A stretch of 61,294 nucleotides of DNA from Actinomycetes bacterium (GTDB lineage Bacteria; Actinomycetota; UBA4738; HRBIN12). Below, piece after piece: positions 10,343 to 19,828 of this stretch. Every line of letters begins with the position of its first letter. Position 1 is the stretch's first letter. The stretch lies in assembly GCA_021155985.1 (NCBI GenBank), contig JAJNBA010000004.1, positions 1-61,294 of the forward strand. Reading direction: 5' to 3'. The notes beneath the pieces were generated by a model. It was given only the letters and a program-made list of their open reading frames with translations, was not told where the DNA came from and did no database searches. A program made the translations under genes and the position numbers.

Positions 10343-10918
10343 CTAGATGAACAGACTCACCGCGGCGTCGCGCATCTCCGCGATCGCGGTGGCGGCACCG
10401 ATCGGCTCCTCGAGCCCGTCGAGCAGATCCTTCCGCTGCAAACCGAGGAGGTCCATCGTCATCTGGCAGGGGATCAGGCGCACACCGAGGTCCTGCGCCG
10501 TCTGGATCAGCTCCTCCGGCCTGGCCACCTGACGGTCGTCGGCGAGCTTCTTGAACATCGCTGGCCCGGCGCCGGCGAACTGGTACCGGCTGAGCTTGGC
10601 CTTCTGCGCGGAGCCCGGGTTCATCATCGACATCATCTTCTGCATCCAGTTCGAGCCCGTGATGCGCACGTCCGGCTTCACGATCGCGAAGAGCCCCCAG
10701 AACGTGAAGAAGACGGAGGACTCCATCCCGGAAGCGGCGGCGGTCGTGGCGAGGATCGTCGTCGGCCAGATCCTGTCGAGGTCACCGCCCCAGGCGATGA
10801 TCGTCAGCTTGTTCTTCTTCTCGATCCGCTTGCCACCGGCTTCCTCGAGCGCCTCGACGCGGTGGAGCAGGTCCGCGAGCTGGAGCTCCGAGGTCAGGTC
10901 CGTCTCCGTCGTGGCCAT
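10343..10918 (-). CDS. DsrE2/DrsH-like sulfur-transfer protein
   Basis: VFFTFWGL and GVRLIPCQMTMDLLG motifs. Confidence 0.85.
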   Translation of the reverse strand: MATTETDLTSELQLADLLHRVEALEEAGGKRIEKKNKLTIIAWGGDLDRIWPTTILATTAAASGMESSVFFTFWGLFAIVKPDVRITGSNWMQKMMSMMNPGSAQKAKLSRYQFAGAGPAMFKKLADDRQVARPEELIQTAQDLGVRLIPCQMTMDLLGLQRKDLLDGLEEPIGAATAIAEMRDAAVSLFI

Positions 10919-10923
10919 CGCGC

Positions 10924-11154
10924 TCACCGCTTCCTGATGACGTAGCGGTAGACGCCGTCGGACTCGTCGGTCTCCAGCAGCTCGTTCCCGCTGAGCTCCG
11001 CCCAGCTCGGGACGTCGCTCTTCGAGCCGGGATCGGTCGCGAGCAACTCGAACAGGGCGCCGCTGCTCGCGTCTCTGATGGCCTTGGCCAGCGACACGAG
11101 CGGCCCGGGGCAGGATTGCCCCTTCGCATCGATGGTGGCGGTGATGGTGTCCAC
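10924..11154 (-). CDS. tusA: TusA/SirA-family sulfurtransferase
   Basis: DAKGQSCPGP (CPxP), ATDPGSKSDVPSWA, YRYVIRK; GGAGG RBS upstream. Confidence 0.88.
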   Translation of the reverse strand: MDTITATIDAKGQSCPGPLVSLAKAIRDASSGALFELLATDPGSKSDVPSWAELSGNELLETDESDGVYRYVIRKR

Positions 11155-11385
11155 GGCGGGACCTCCTGGGATCTCTGAGGGCGGTCGGTGCAGGATGGTG
11201 CGGCAGGGCTGGGTCCGTCCCGGTCAAGCGGGACAGCAGATGCGGTCGGGGATCATCGCCCCCACGGTCCCGGCTTCGCGTGTACGCACCATTCGCAGGT
11301 GCAACACCCTAGTCGACCGTTCTCATCCCGGCAAGGTCGAGGCACACCGCCCAGCCGACCATCTTTCCTTGCCTCCCAACGCGCA

Positions 11386-12186
11386 TCACGGGCCGATCGG
11401 CTCCATCACCTTGATGCACCCAGCGTCGGCGCCGAGCTGACGGAGTCCTTCCCGGTCGCCCGGACCGAAGTCCACCACCCCGCCTCCCGAGGGGTGCATC
11501 AGCTCTCCGGCCGCCCGGACGTGTCCGAGCCCCATCAGGTGGCCCAACTCATGGAGGATCACGGGTCCCTGTTGGCCGGGCGCGCTGAATCCCGGTGGGT
11601 TGGGATCGTCGGCGTTGATGGCCACCCATCCGCTCACGTAGACGTCCTCGAGTCGGGTCGGAGCGATGCGCGGGACGGCGACCCCGGCGGCGACGCGATC
11701 ACCGCGTCGGAACGGGATGTCCGAATCGTCGGGATCCGTCCACGCGATGAGGACCGGCACCCATCGATCCCCGTATCGATCGAACTGATACACGTCGCGG
11801 GAGATCGAGGCCTCCTCGTCGGTCGTCCCTTCGTAGACGAAGGCGATCCCCGTGGCCGCCGTCATCCGGTGAACGGCCTCATGGACGTCCTCGATCGATC
11901 CCGGCGGCGCGAGCTCGGCGTTGACGACGTAATGGATCGGCTCGCAGGGGTCCCATCGGGTCGGGGTCCCCTGGTCGGTCCGATCCAGGAACAGGAAGCC
12001 GGGCCCTCGGGCCTCCTCCGTGCCCTCGAACAAGGGTGCGATCGCCACCGCTCCCATGCTGAGAGCGAGGAGCACGCAGACGACCGTCACCCCGAACGGG
12101 AAGCGGCGGCGGCGCGGGACCTCGCTCCCCACCGGAGCGAGGTCGGGCCTGAGCGGTACCGGTGGCGGGGGAAGCTGCTCCATCAC
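11386..12186 (-). CDS. Matrixin-like (metzincin) metalloprotease
   Basis: HELGHLMGLGH zinc motif plus Met-turn (ELMHP); N-terminal TM segment. Confidence 0.85.
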   Translation of the reverse strand: MMEQLPPPPVPLRPDLAPVGSEVPRRRRFPFGVTVVCVLLALSMGAVAIAPLFEGTEEARGPGFLFLDRTDQGTPTRWDPCEPIHYVVNAELAPPGSIEDVHEAVHRMTAATGIAFVYEGTTDEEASISRDVYQFDRYGDRWVPVLIAWTDPDDSDIPFRRGDRVAAGVAVPRIAPTRLEDVYVSGWVAINADDPNPPGFSAPGQQGPVILHELGHLMGLGHVRAAGELMHPSGGGVVDFGPGDREGLRQLGADAGCIKVMEPIGP

Positions 12187-12264
12187 TCGATCCTAGGTCG
12201 TCTCGTATGAAGGGCATCGGCGTGCCCGGGTTCCGGCTTCAGCGACCGTGGATAGGGTGTCCCG

Positions 12265-13701
12265 ATGAACCGCCGCGGCTTCTTCCTGGTGATCTGCCTC
12301 GGTGCGTTGGTCGCGGTGATGGCTCCGGTGCCGAGCGCCTTCGCCGCCGCATCCCTCACCGTCGACACGTTCGAGGACACGTACGACGGGAGCTGTGCGG
12401 ACGCGGACTGCTCGCTCCGTGACGCCGTCGTCTCCGTGGATCCGGGTGGGACCGTTCGGGTGCCTCCGGGCTTCTACGCGCTCGCCCGTTCCGGCGCGGG
12501 TCCTGACGCCGGCGACGTCGACCTCAGCCGACCGGTCACGATCGTGGGCACCGGCGAGATCGGGAGCTTCGTCGATGCGTCCGCGCTCGGGGATCGCGTG
12601 TTCGATGTGTCAACCGATGTCTCGCTCCGCCATCTCGCGTTGCTCGGCGGGAGCCAGGTCGGGCGAGGTGGGATCGTCCGCGCATCGGTGGGCACACTCG
12701 TGGTGCGCCGCTCCACGCTCGTCGGCGGCCGGGCGGACAACGGAGGGGCCGTCGCGGTGGGGAACGCCGCCACGGCATCGATCGACCGCTCCTGGATCTC
12801 GGAGAACGGGGCGACGGTTCGCGGCGGCGCGCTCTTCCTTCTCGGAACGACGGTCGTCTCGCGATCGACGATCTCGGGGAACGTCGCGGCGGGAGGAGGC
12901 GGTGCCTTCGTTGGTCCGTCCGCTTCTCTCACGATCGGGAACGCCACCGTCTCGAGGAACGTGGCCGTCCACGGTGGAGGCGTTCGAGCGACCGGCGACA
13001 TCGGACTCTTCTTCGCGACGATCGTGGCCAACCGGGCCGGCGTGGGTGGCGGCGTGCTCATCTCGTCGGAGTCGGAGAGCTCGACGGCGAACAGCGTTTT
13101 CGCGCGCAACCGTGCCTCCGACCACGGATCGCTGTGTGTCCGGCCCCTCACTTCGGATGGACGCAACGTCGCCGATGCCAGAGGCTGCGGTCTCAGGGCG
13201 CCCGATGACGTGACCGGTGTGAACCCACGGGTCGGGATCCTCCGACAGAACGGTGGCCCAACGCCGACCCACGCCCTGAAGCCCGACAGTCCCGCCCGAG
13301 GCCGAGGCAGCGGATGCCACCCGACCGATCAACGCGGCGCGCCTCGATCCGCGTGCGACAGCGGCGCGTACGAGCTCGTGTTGTGCCGCGGCCGACCGGT
13401 CACGATCGTGGGGACACCCGGACCGGACGAGTTCTCCGGCGGCCTCGGACGGGACGTCTTCCTCGGGCGCGGGGGCGACGACGAGTTCCAAGGGTCTCTC
13501 GACGCGGATCGCGCGTGCGGAGGGAAGGGCGACGACCATCTGATCGGAGGCCCCGGCGACGACCAGCTCGCGGGCGCCGCGGGTCGCGACCTGCTCCTCG
13601 GCGAGAGCGGTGGCGACCTCCTCGTCGGAGGTCCAGGCGTCGACGTGTGCCGCGGCGGCGACGGGAACGACGTCACCCGCCGCTGCGAAACCGTTCCCTG
13701 A
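12265..13701 (+). CDS. Secreted CSLREA-type beta-helix protein with RTX-like Ca-binding repeats
   Basis: Signal peptide, DCSLRDAV, GGA-rich repeats, NGGPTPTHAL...DQRG..R..CDSGAYE, GGxGxD nonapeptides. Confidence 0.82.
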   Translation: MNRRGFFLVICLGALVAVMAPVPSAFAAASLTVDTFEDTYDGSCADADCSLRDAVVSVDPGGTVRVPPGFYALARSGAGPDAGDVDLSRPVTIVGTGEIGSFVDASALGDRVFDVSTDVSLRHLALLGGSQVGRGGIVRASVGTLVVRRSTLVGGRADNGGAVAVGNAATASIDRSWISENGATVRGGALFLLGTTVVSRSTISGNVAAGGGGAFVGPSASLTIGNATVSRNVAVHGGGVRATGDIGLFFATIVANRAGVGGGVLISSESESSTANSVFARNRASDHGSLCVRPLTSDGRNVADARGCGLRAPDDVTGVNPRVGILRQNGGPTPTHALKPDSPARGRGSGCHPTDQRGAPRSACDSGAYELVLCRGRPVTIVGTPGPDEFSGGLGRDVFLGRGGDDEFQGSLDADRACGGKGDDHLIGGPGDDQLAGAAGRDLLLGESGGDLLVGGPGVDVCRGGDGNDVTRRCETVP

Positions 13702-13706
13702 CGTCC

Positions 13707-14165
13707 CTATGCGATCCGGCGCCGGCGCTCCTTCGGCCAATAAACGAGCACGACCTTCGCCTTCACCTGCTCCCGTCTGACCGGCCCGAAGTGGCGGCTG
13801 TCGGTGGATGCGTCCTCGCGATCGCCCTCCACCCAGAGCTCGTCGTCGGCCAGCGTTCGTTCACCCACACGCTCGTTCGGGACGCCCGTGATCCGTTTCA
13901 CCATCTCGTAGCCGGGGCGGCCGGGATGCTCGACGACCACGATGTCCCCGCGCCGGAACCGACGGCGGGCCACGGTCAACGCCCAGTCGCCGGGCATCAA
14001 CGTCGGCACCATGCTGGCGCCCTGGACCTCGATCCTGGACGGCCTCCAGCGGAACAGGGCGACGCCGATCGCCCCCACCGTGGCTACGGCGCTCAGCGCC
14101 GCAAGCGGTCTCGGGGACCGATGGTAGGGTGGCTGCTCACCCCACGTCGGAGGAGGCGGATCCAT
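13707..14165 (-). CDS. sodX: S26-family Ni-SOD maturation protease (start uncertain)
   Basis: VQGASMVPTL (Ser), MVKRI (Lys), GD...STDSRHFGPV; divergent from sodN. Confidence 0.8.
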   Translation of the reverse strand: MDPPPPTWGEQPPYHRSPRPLAALSAVATVGAIGVALFRWRPSRIEVQGASMVPTLMPGDWALTVARRRFRRGDIVVVEHPGRPGYEMVKRITGVPNERVGERTLADDELWVEGDREDASTDSRHFGPVRREQVKAKVVLVYWPKERRRRIA

Positions 14166-14559
14166 GTTCGAAGCATTCCTCAAACCGCAGCGGACCGTCC
14201 ACGCCCACTGCGACCTTCCATGCGGCATCTACGATCCGGCACAGGCGCGCATCGAGGCGGAGTCCGTGAAGGCCTGCCAGGAGAAGTACCAGGGCTCCGA
14301 CGACGCGATCTTCAAGGACCGCGCGGTCTCCATCAAGGAGCAGCGCGCGAACCTCGTCAAGGAGCACCTCTGGGTCCTGTGGACCGACTACTTCAAGCCG
14401 GAGCACCTCGAGACCTACCCGCAGCTGCACGAGCTCTTCTGGAACGCCACGAAGGAGGCCGGCAACGCCAAGCGCTCCGAGGATCCGGCGCAGGGCCAGA
14501 AATTGCTGGACGCGATCGACGAGCTGTCGAAGGTGTTCTGGGAGACCAAATCGGCGTAG
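14164..14559 (+). CDS. sodN: Nickel superoxide dismutase precursor
   Basis: Ni-hook HCDLPCGIYDP after a 14-aa leader, HLWVLWTDYFKP; GGAGGAGG RBS. Confidence 0.96.
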   Translation: MFEAFLKPQRTVHAHCDLPCGIYDPAQARIEAESVKACQEKYQGSDDAIFKDRAVSIKEQRANLVKEHLWVLWTDYFKPEHLETYPQLHELFWNATKEAGNAKRSEDPAQGQKLLDAIDELSKVFWETKSA

Positions 14560-14585
14560 CCCCGAGCCGTTCCCCCCAGGGTGCC

Positions 14586-14618
14586 TGAGGGCCGGGCCGC
14601 TTCGCGGCCCGGCCCTCA
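14586..14618 (+). terminator. GC-rich hairpin after sodN
   Basis: TGAGGGCCGGGCCGC-TTC-GCGGCCCGGCCCTCA, perfect 15-bp stem. Confidence 0.7.
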
Positions 14619-14889
14619 CCGTTCCCACCCCACGTGCAAGAGAAGAGGCCGACGGGCGGGGCCGTCGGAGCATCCGCCCGCCGGCGACGCGCACCCGAGG
14701 GTGCACGCTCAGGTCCTCCGATCCTTCACCCCCCTCACGGGGCGAAAGAGAACCGGCGGCGCCGAGGCGGGTCTGGCGGCACCCCGGCGCCGGCCGGTCT
14801 CGTGCGCAAGCATCGGACAGGAGCCGCACCGCGCATAGTGGTCGAAGGTCGAAAGTTGCCCGACTTCCGGCTGATACGTTGGCCTACCA

Positions 14890-15864
14890 ATGCGGGACAT
14901 CGGTCTGGTCGGCGTGCCCTTCTCGGGGAAGTCCACGCTTTTCAGGGCGCTGACCCGAGCCGGATCGCACGGAGGGCAGGCCAACGTCGCGGTCGTCCCC
15001 GTCCCCGACCCACGTCTGGGCGTCCTGACGGACATGGAACGGTCGAAGAAGACCGTGCCCGCGCAGGTTCGCTTCGTCGACGTTCCGGGCGGCACGTCGA
15101 GCGCCCAAGGTCTGGCGAAGCTCCGCGAGTCCGACGCGCTCGCGGTCGTCGTGCGGTCCTTCGGCGTCGACCGGGCGCCGGCCCGCGAGCTGGCGGATGT
15201 CCGCAGTGAACTGTTGCTGGCCGACCTCGGGGTGCTGGAGAGCGCGCTCGAGAAGGGCCTGAAGCGGGCGAAGGGGCGGCCGGGACCGGACGTGCACGCG
15301 CTCCAGCGCGCGAAGGACGCGCTCGACGCGGAGCGACCGCTCCGCGACGCCGGTCTCGACGACCAGGAGCTCGCCCATCTGAAGGGGATCGCGGCCCTGA
15401 CCCTGAAGCCGGAGGTCGTGATCGCGAACCTCGAGGAGGGAGACGAGCTCCCGGCCGAGCTCAGCGACGCGGTCGGTGTCTACGCCTCGATCGAGGCCGA
15501 GACCACCGAGATGGAGCCGGAGGAAGCCCGGGCGCTGCTCGAGGAGTTCGGCGTCAGCGAGCCCGGGCTCGACCGGGTGATCGCCGCAGGGTACGGGGCG
15601 CTCGAGCTGATCACGTTCCTGACCACGGGCGACGACGAGACCCGCGCGTGGGAGGTGCGGCGGGGCGCGAGAGCGCCCGAAGCCGCAGGTGTCATCCACA
15701 CCGATCTCGAGCGTGGCTTCATCCGTGCCGAGGTGATCTCCTACGACGAGCTCGTCGCGATCGGCTCGATGGAGGCAGCGAAGGCGTCCGGCAAGCTCCG
15801 CGTCGAGGGGAAGGACTACGTCGTGCAGGAAGGCGACATCCTGCACGTGCGCTTCGCCGTCTGA
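14890..15864 (+). CDS. ychF: YchF-like Obg-family NTPase (divergent, shortened)
   Basis: P-loop GVPFSGKST, FVDVPG; C-terminal TGS/DUF933 region AAGVIHTDLERGFIRAEV, EGKDYVVQEGD. Confidence 0.82.
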   Translation: MRDIGLVGVPFSGKSTLFRALTRAGSHGGQANVAVVPVPDPRLGVLTDMERSKKTVPAQVRFVDVPGGTSSAQGLAKLRESDALAVVVRSFGVDRAPARELADVRSELLLADLGVLESALEKGLKRAKGRPGPDVHALQRAKDALDAERPLRDAGLDDQELAHLKGIAALTLKPEVVIANLEEGDELPAELSDAVGVYASIEAETTEMEPEEARALLEEFGVSEPGLDRVIAAGYGALELITFLTTGDDETRAWEVRRGARAPEAAGVIHTDLERGFIRAEVISYDELVAIGSMEAAKASGKLRVEGKDYVVQEGDILHVRFAV

Positions 15865-15867
15865 GGC

Positions 15868-16417
15868 CTACACCCCGCCGATCCCCGACCCCCGGCAGGC
15901 CATCCCACGGAGGGATCCGAACTCCACTTCCGCGATGACCGAACCGTCTCGCACGACCTGCCACGTGCCGTCCCATCCGGAAGTGCCGCCCGGGTCCCTG
16001 GTCATCTGCTCGATCGCGTCGGTCTGCTGGAATCCGGCCATGTTCCCCCTGATGTAGGCGGGCCCGCCCGGCAGGATCCGCGGGCCGTCCGGAGTCATGA
16101 AGGCGAGCTGGTCCTCCTCCGCGCAGTCGAGCTCGATGATTCGGTCGCTCGGCGCGTCCACCACGTCGAACGTCACGGTGAAGTCACTCTCCCCACCGCC
16201 GGTAGATCCACGCGACCGGGTCCCGGATCGTCTCGGACTTCGCGAGCGTCCGCGCGAATGCCTCCGCTGTCGCTTCTTCCGCGATGTCCCCTCGACCGGC
16301 CGTATAGGCGAAGAGCGTGCGGAACACCCCGGAACCGGCCTCCCGGAACAGCTCGTCGAAGTCGTGCGCCTCGGTGGTGCGCTCGTCAGCCAGCGGGACC
16401 TCCGCGATCGCCTGCAC
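15868..16417 (-). pseudogene. Truncated ECF sigma factor (region 2) joined out of frame to the 3' part of another gene
   Basis: 16184-16417 encodes FDELFRE...AEEATAEAFAR...DPVAWIYR and stops without region 4. A second open frame (GGGESDFTVTFDVV...) starts near 16200. Confidence 0.6.
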
Positions 16418-16451
16418 GTCGGACGATAGAGGGGCCGGACGCCTCCGGCGT

Positions 16452-17756
16452 TTATCCGCTGCCGTTCGGCCCGAGCAAGAACCGTGCCGGGGTCGGGCCC
16501 TTCCCCTTCAGGTTCACGACGTGCACCTCAGAGAACCGGAACCGGTCGTTCAATCGATCGTGCACTGCCTCGGAGACCTGGATCTCGCTCGGGACCCCGT
16601 TCGACTCCATCCGCGCGGCCGTGTTCACGGTGTCGCCCCACAGGTCGTAGGCGAACTTCCGAGTACCGATCACCCCGGCGACCGCCGGCCCCGTGGCCAT
16701 CCCGATCCGGACGGTCATCGGATCGCCGCTCGGCCACCTGAGCGCCTGGATCTCGTCGCGCATCGCGAGTGCCATCTCCGCGGCCACCTCCGCATCGTCC
16801 GCTCGGGGCTCCGGCACGCCGGCGACGGCCATGTACGCATCACCGATCGTCTTGATCTTCTCGAGGCCGAAGCGCTCGGCAAGCGCGTCGAAGCGCGAGA
16901 ACACCTCGTCCAGCACCTCGACGATCTCCGGCGGCTGCGATCGACCGGACTGCTGCGTGAAGTCGACGAGGTCGGCGAACACGACGGTCACCTCGTCGAA
17001 CGCCTGCGCGATGTGACCGTGCTCAGTCGCGGGGTCGCGCTGCTTGAGGAGGTCGGCGACCTGCTCCGGCAGGATGTTGCGCAGGAGTCCCTCGGACCGG
17101 CCGCGTTCCCGGTCGAGCTCGCGGTCACGCAGGAAGAGCAGTCGCTGCGAGCGCTCCAGCACGTACGCACCGACCGTGCCGATGAACGCTGTGATGAGGA
17201 GGAAGTAGTCGCCGAAGACGATGTCGATCGTCAGGTCGTCCGTGAAGAGGAAGGCGCCGACGTTGTGCATCACGATCAGCGTGACGCCGGCGAGCGCCGA
17301 GTAGCGGAACTGCAGCCGGCTGAGGATGTACGCGAAGATCAGGATCAGCATGTTGCCGGCATAGCCCCAGTCGGAACGCCCTTCGGCCACGAACGCTCGG
17401 TGGATCACCCACACGAGCCCGCTGAACAGGATCGCCCCGGTGATCATCGGCTGCCAGATGCGCCGATAGTTCGGCAGGTACGTGAGCGCGAGGCTCACGA
17501 GTCCCGTCGGAACGCCGAGTCCGTATCGGATCACGGAATCGAGGACGACCCCTTCCCCGTCGACGACGAGCAGGGCGAGCGGGCCGAACGCGGCCCAGGT
17601 CACGGCGCCCAGGAACGTCGCGACCCGGATGTATTGGATGTTCTCGTCGAAGTACGTGTCCTGGAACCGGCGCTCGAGCCACTGGTCCTTGAACTTCAGC
17701 GACCAGGGCCGGAGCTCGGGTGCTTGATCGAGGAAGGCGCGGACGGCACGGAGCAC
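16452..17756 (-). CDS. Membrane-bound class III adenylate/guanylate cyclase
   Basis: About 6 TM helices; VFADLVDFT, KIKTIGDAYM, YDLWGDTVNTAARMES. Confidence 0.92.
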   Translation of the reverse strand: MLRAVRAFLDQAPELRPWSLKFKDQWLERRFQDTYFDENIQYIRVATFLGAVTWAAFGPLALLVVDGEGVVLDSVIRYGLGVPTGLVSLALTYLPNYRRIWQPMITGAILFSGLVWVIHRAFVAEGRSDWGYAGNMLILIFAYILSRLQFRYSALAGVTLIVMHNVGAFLFTDDLTIDIVFGDYFLLITAFIGTVGAYVLERSQRLLFLRDRELDRERGRSEGLLRNILPEQVADLLKQRDPATEHGHIAQAFDEVTVVFADLVDFTQQSGRSQPPEIVEVLDEVFSRFDALAERFGLEKIKTIGDAYMAVAGVPEPRADDAEVAAEMALAMRDEIQALRWPSGDPMTVRIGMATGPAVAGVIGTRKFAYDLWGDTVNTAARMESNGVPSEIQVSEAVHDRLNDRFRFSEVHVVNLKGKGPTPARFLLGPNGSG

Positions 17757-17916
17757 GCCTCAGCGATCCCTTCCGATCGGAGCGAGGCGCCCGGCAGACA
17801 TAGCCGCGCATCGTGCCACAAGTTGAAGGCTCGGCGACGGGGTCACCCTAAGGAACGCCCTATGACTTGTTTTCCCTACCGATAGCTGCATCTGAACCTG
17901 TATACTCCGCGATTCC

Positions 17917-18303
17917 ATGGACGACTATCGGATCGGGCAGGCGGCGGAGGCGATCGGCGTCCGGGTCGAAACGCTTCGGCGGTGGGAGCGAGACGGGAGG
18001 CTGAGCACGGTCCGAACCGCGGGAGGTCAGCGTCGGGTCCCCGCCGCGGAGGTGGCTCGCCTCGTCGCGGAGCGACGAGCCGAGCGAGCGCCGGCTTCCT
18101 CCAGCCGGCGGAACGCGTTCCCAGGGGTCGTCACGAAGGTCACGCGCGACACGGTCTCGGCGCTCGTCGAGATCCAGGCCGGGCCGCACCGGGTCGTGTC
18201 GCTGATCACCCGTGAAGCGGCCGACGAGCTCAACCTCAAGCCGGGCATGGAGGCCGTCGCCACCGTGAAGGCGACCAGCGTGATGATCGAGGTGGAGAAG
18301 TGA
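17917..18303 (+). CDS. MerR-like HTH-TOBE molybdate-responsive regulator
   Basis: IGQAAEAIGVRVETLRRW; TOBE region SSRRNAFPGVV...VKATSVMIE; heads the mod operon. Confidence 0.87.
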   Translation: MDDYRIGQAAEAIGVRVETLRRWERDGRLSTVRTAGGQRRVPAAEVARLVAERRAERAPASSSRRNAFPGVVTKVTRDTVSALVEIQAGPHRVVSLITREAADELNLKPGMEAVATVKATSVMIEVEK

Positions 18304-19049
18304 GGGCAGGCGCCCTCCTCGCCTCGTGGCTGATCGTCGGAACCGCGTGCGGAGCCACCAGATCGGGCGACACGACCGACGCCGTCACGGTTTTCGCGGC
18401 GGCCTCCCTCACCGAGGCGTTCACGCGGATCGCCGACGAGTACGGAGAGCTCCACGGCGTCGAGGTCCGTCTCAGCTTCGGCCCCTCCGACGGCCTCGCG
18501 ACCCAGATCCAGGAAGGCGCTCCGGCGGACGTCTTCGCATCGGCGAGCCCGAAGTGGATGGACGCGGTGGCGGAGGACCCCGGCGTCACCGACCGGGCGG
18601 ACTTCGCACGCAACATCCTCGTCGTCATCGTTCCTGCCGGGGATCCCGCCGGCATCGTCACGGTCGGCGATCTCGGAGAACCGGGGATCAAGCTGGTCCT
18701 CGCTGCCGAAGGCGTGCCCGTCGGGGACTACGCCCGCGAGATGCTCGCGAACGCGGGGATCGCGGAGGAGGCCCTCGCGAACGTGGTGTCGAACGAGGAC
18801 GACGTCAAGGGGATCGTCCAGAAGGTGGCCCCCGGAGAAGCCGACGCCGGCATCGTCTACCGGACGGACGTCACCGCCTCGGTCGTCGAGGACGTCGAGA
18901 CGATCGACGTGCCCGACGACATCAACGTCGTGGCCGTCTATCAGATCGCCGCCCTCGACGGTGCCGCCCAGCACGCTCGCGGGTTCGTCGAGTACGTTCT
19001 CGGTCCCGGGCAGGAGACGCTCCGGGGATCGAGCTTCCTGCCACCGTGA
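18300..19049 (+). CDS. modA: Molybdate ABC transporter substrate-binding lipoprotein
   Basis: VFAAASL, GAPADVFASA, VPVGDYA, GEADAGIVYRTD. Confidence 0.92.
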   Translation: MRAGALLASWLIVGTACGATRSGDTTDAVTVFAAASLTEAFTRIADEYGELHGVEVRLSFGPSDGLATQIQEGAPADVFASASPKWMDAVAEDPGVTDRADFARNILVVIVPAGDPAGIVTVGDLGEPGIKLVLAAEGVPVGDYAREMLANAGIAEEALANVVSNEDDVKGIVQKVAPGEADAGIVYRTDVTASVVEDVETIDVPDDINVVAVYQIAALDGAAQHARGFVEYVLGPGQETLRGSSFLPP

Positions 19050-19828
19050 GACGCCGGCTCCCCATAGGCGTCGTCGCCCTGGCGGCCCTCGGTGCAGCGT
19101 TCGTGCTCCTCCCGGTCGCCGGATTGCTCGACCGAGCGCCCTGGGACCAGTCGGCAGAGCTCCTCTCCTCCGACATCGCGGTCGAGGGGCTCCGCGTGTC
19201 CCTGCTCGTGTCGTTGGGCGCCGCGGCGATGTCGATCCTCGTCGGGGTCCCGCTCGGCCTGCTGCTCGGCCGGACCTCGTTCCCCGGGATCGCGCTGGTT
19301 CGCGCAGTCGCCCTCCTCCCGCTCGTCCTTCCCCCGGTCGTCGCCGGGATCGGGCTGCTCACGGCGTTCGGGCGCCGAGGACTGCTGGGAGGACCGGCGC
19401 GCGCGATCGGCCTGGAGCTCCCGTTCACCACGGCGGGAGCTGCGGTGGCAGCCGCGTTCGTATCGTTCCCGTTCGTCGTGCTCGCCGTCGAAGCCGGGCT
19501 CCGCTCGCTCGACACCCGCCTCGAGGACGCCGCCTCTTCCCTCGGCGGGTCGAGGGGGTACGTCCTCCGGCGGGTCACCCTCCCGATGCTGGCTCCGCAG
19601 CTCGTAGCGGGGACGGTGCTTGCCTGGGCGCGCGCGCTCGGGGAGTTCGGAGCGACGATCACGTTCGCGGGCAACTTCCGCGGGGAGACCCAGACGATGC
19701 CGCTCGCCGTGTTCGAGGCGCTCCAGTCGGATCCCGGTGCCGCGACCCTCCTGTCCCTCGTCCTGGTGGTCGCGTCGCTGGCCATCTTGATCGCGCTGCG
19801 AGGCCGGTTCATCGGGGCGCCGACGTGA
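19046..19828 (+). CDS. modB: Molybdate ABC transporter permease
   Basis: LPLVLPPVVAG, WARALGEFGATITFAGN; GTGA coupling. Confidence 0.92.
   Translation: MRRRLPIGVVALAALGAAFVLLPVAGLLDRAPWDQSAELLSSDIAVEGLRVSLLVSLGAAAMSILVGVPLGLLLGRTSFPGIALVRAVALLPLVLPPVVAGIGLLTAFGRRGLLGGPARAIGLELPFTTAGAAVAAAFVSFPFVVLAVEAGLRSLDTRLEDAASSLGGSRGYVLRRVTLPMLAPQLVAGTVLAWARALGEFGATITFAGNFRGETQTMPLAVFEALQSDPGAATLLSLVLVVASLAILIALRGRFIGAPT

Noticed and set aside
10918-10926. Possible UGA read-through fusing tusA and dsrE2
   Set aside because: The TGA and the next ATG are separated by 5 nt, so they are out of frame, and the TGA is not at a Cys position.
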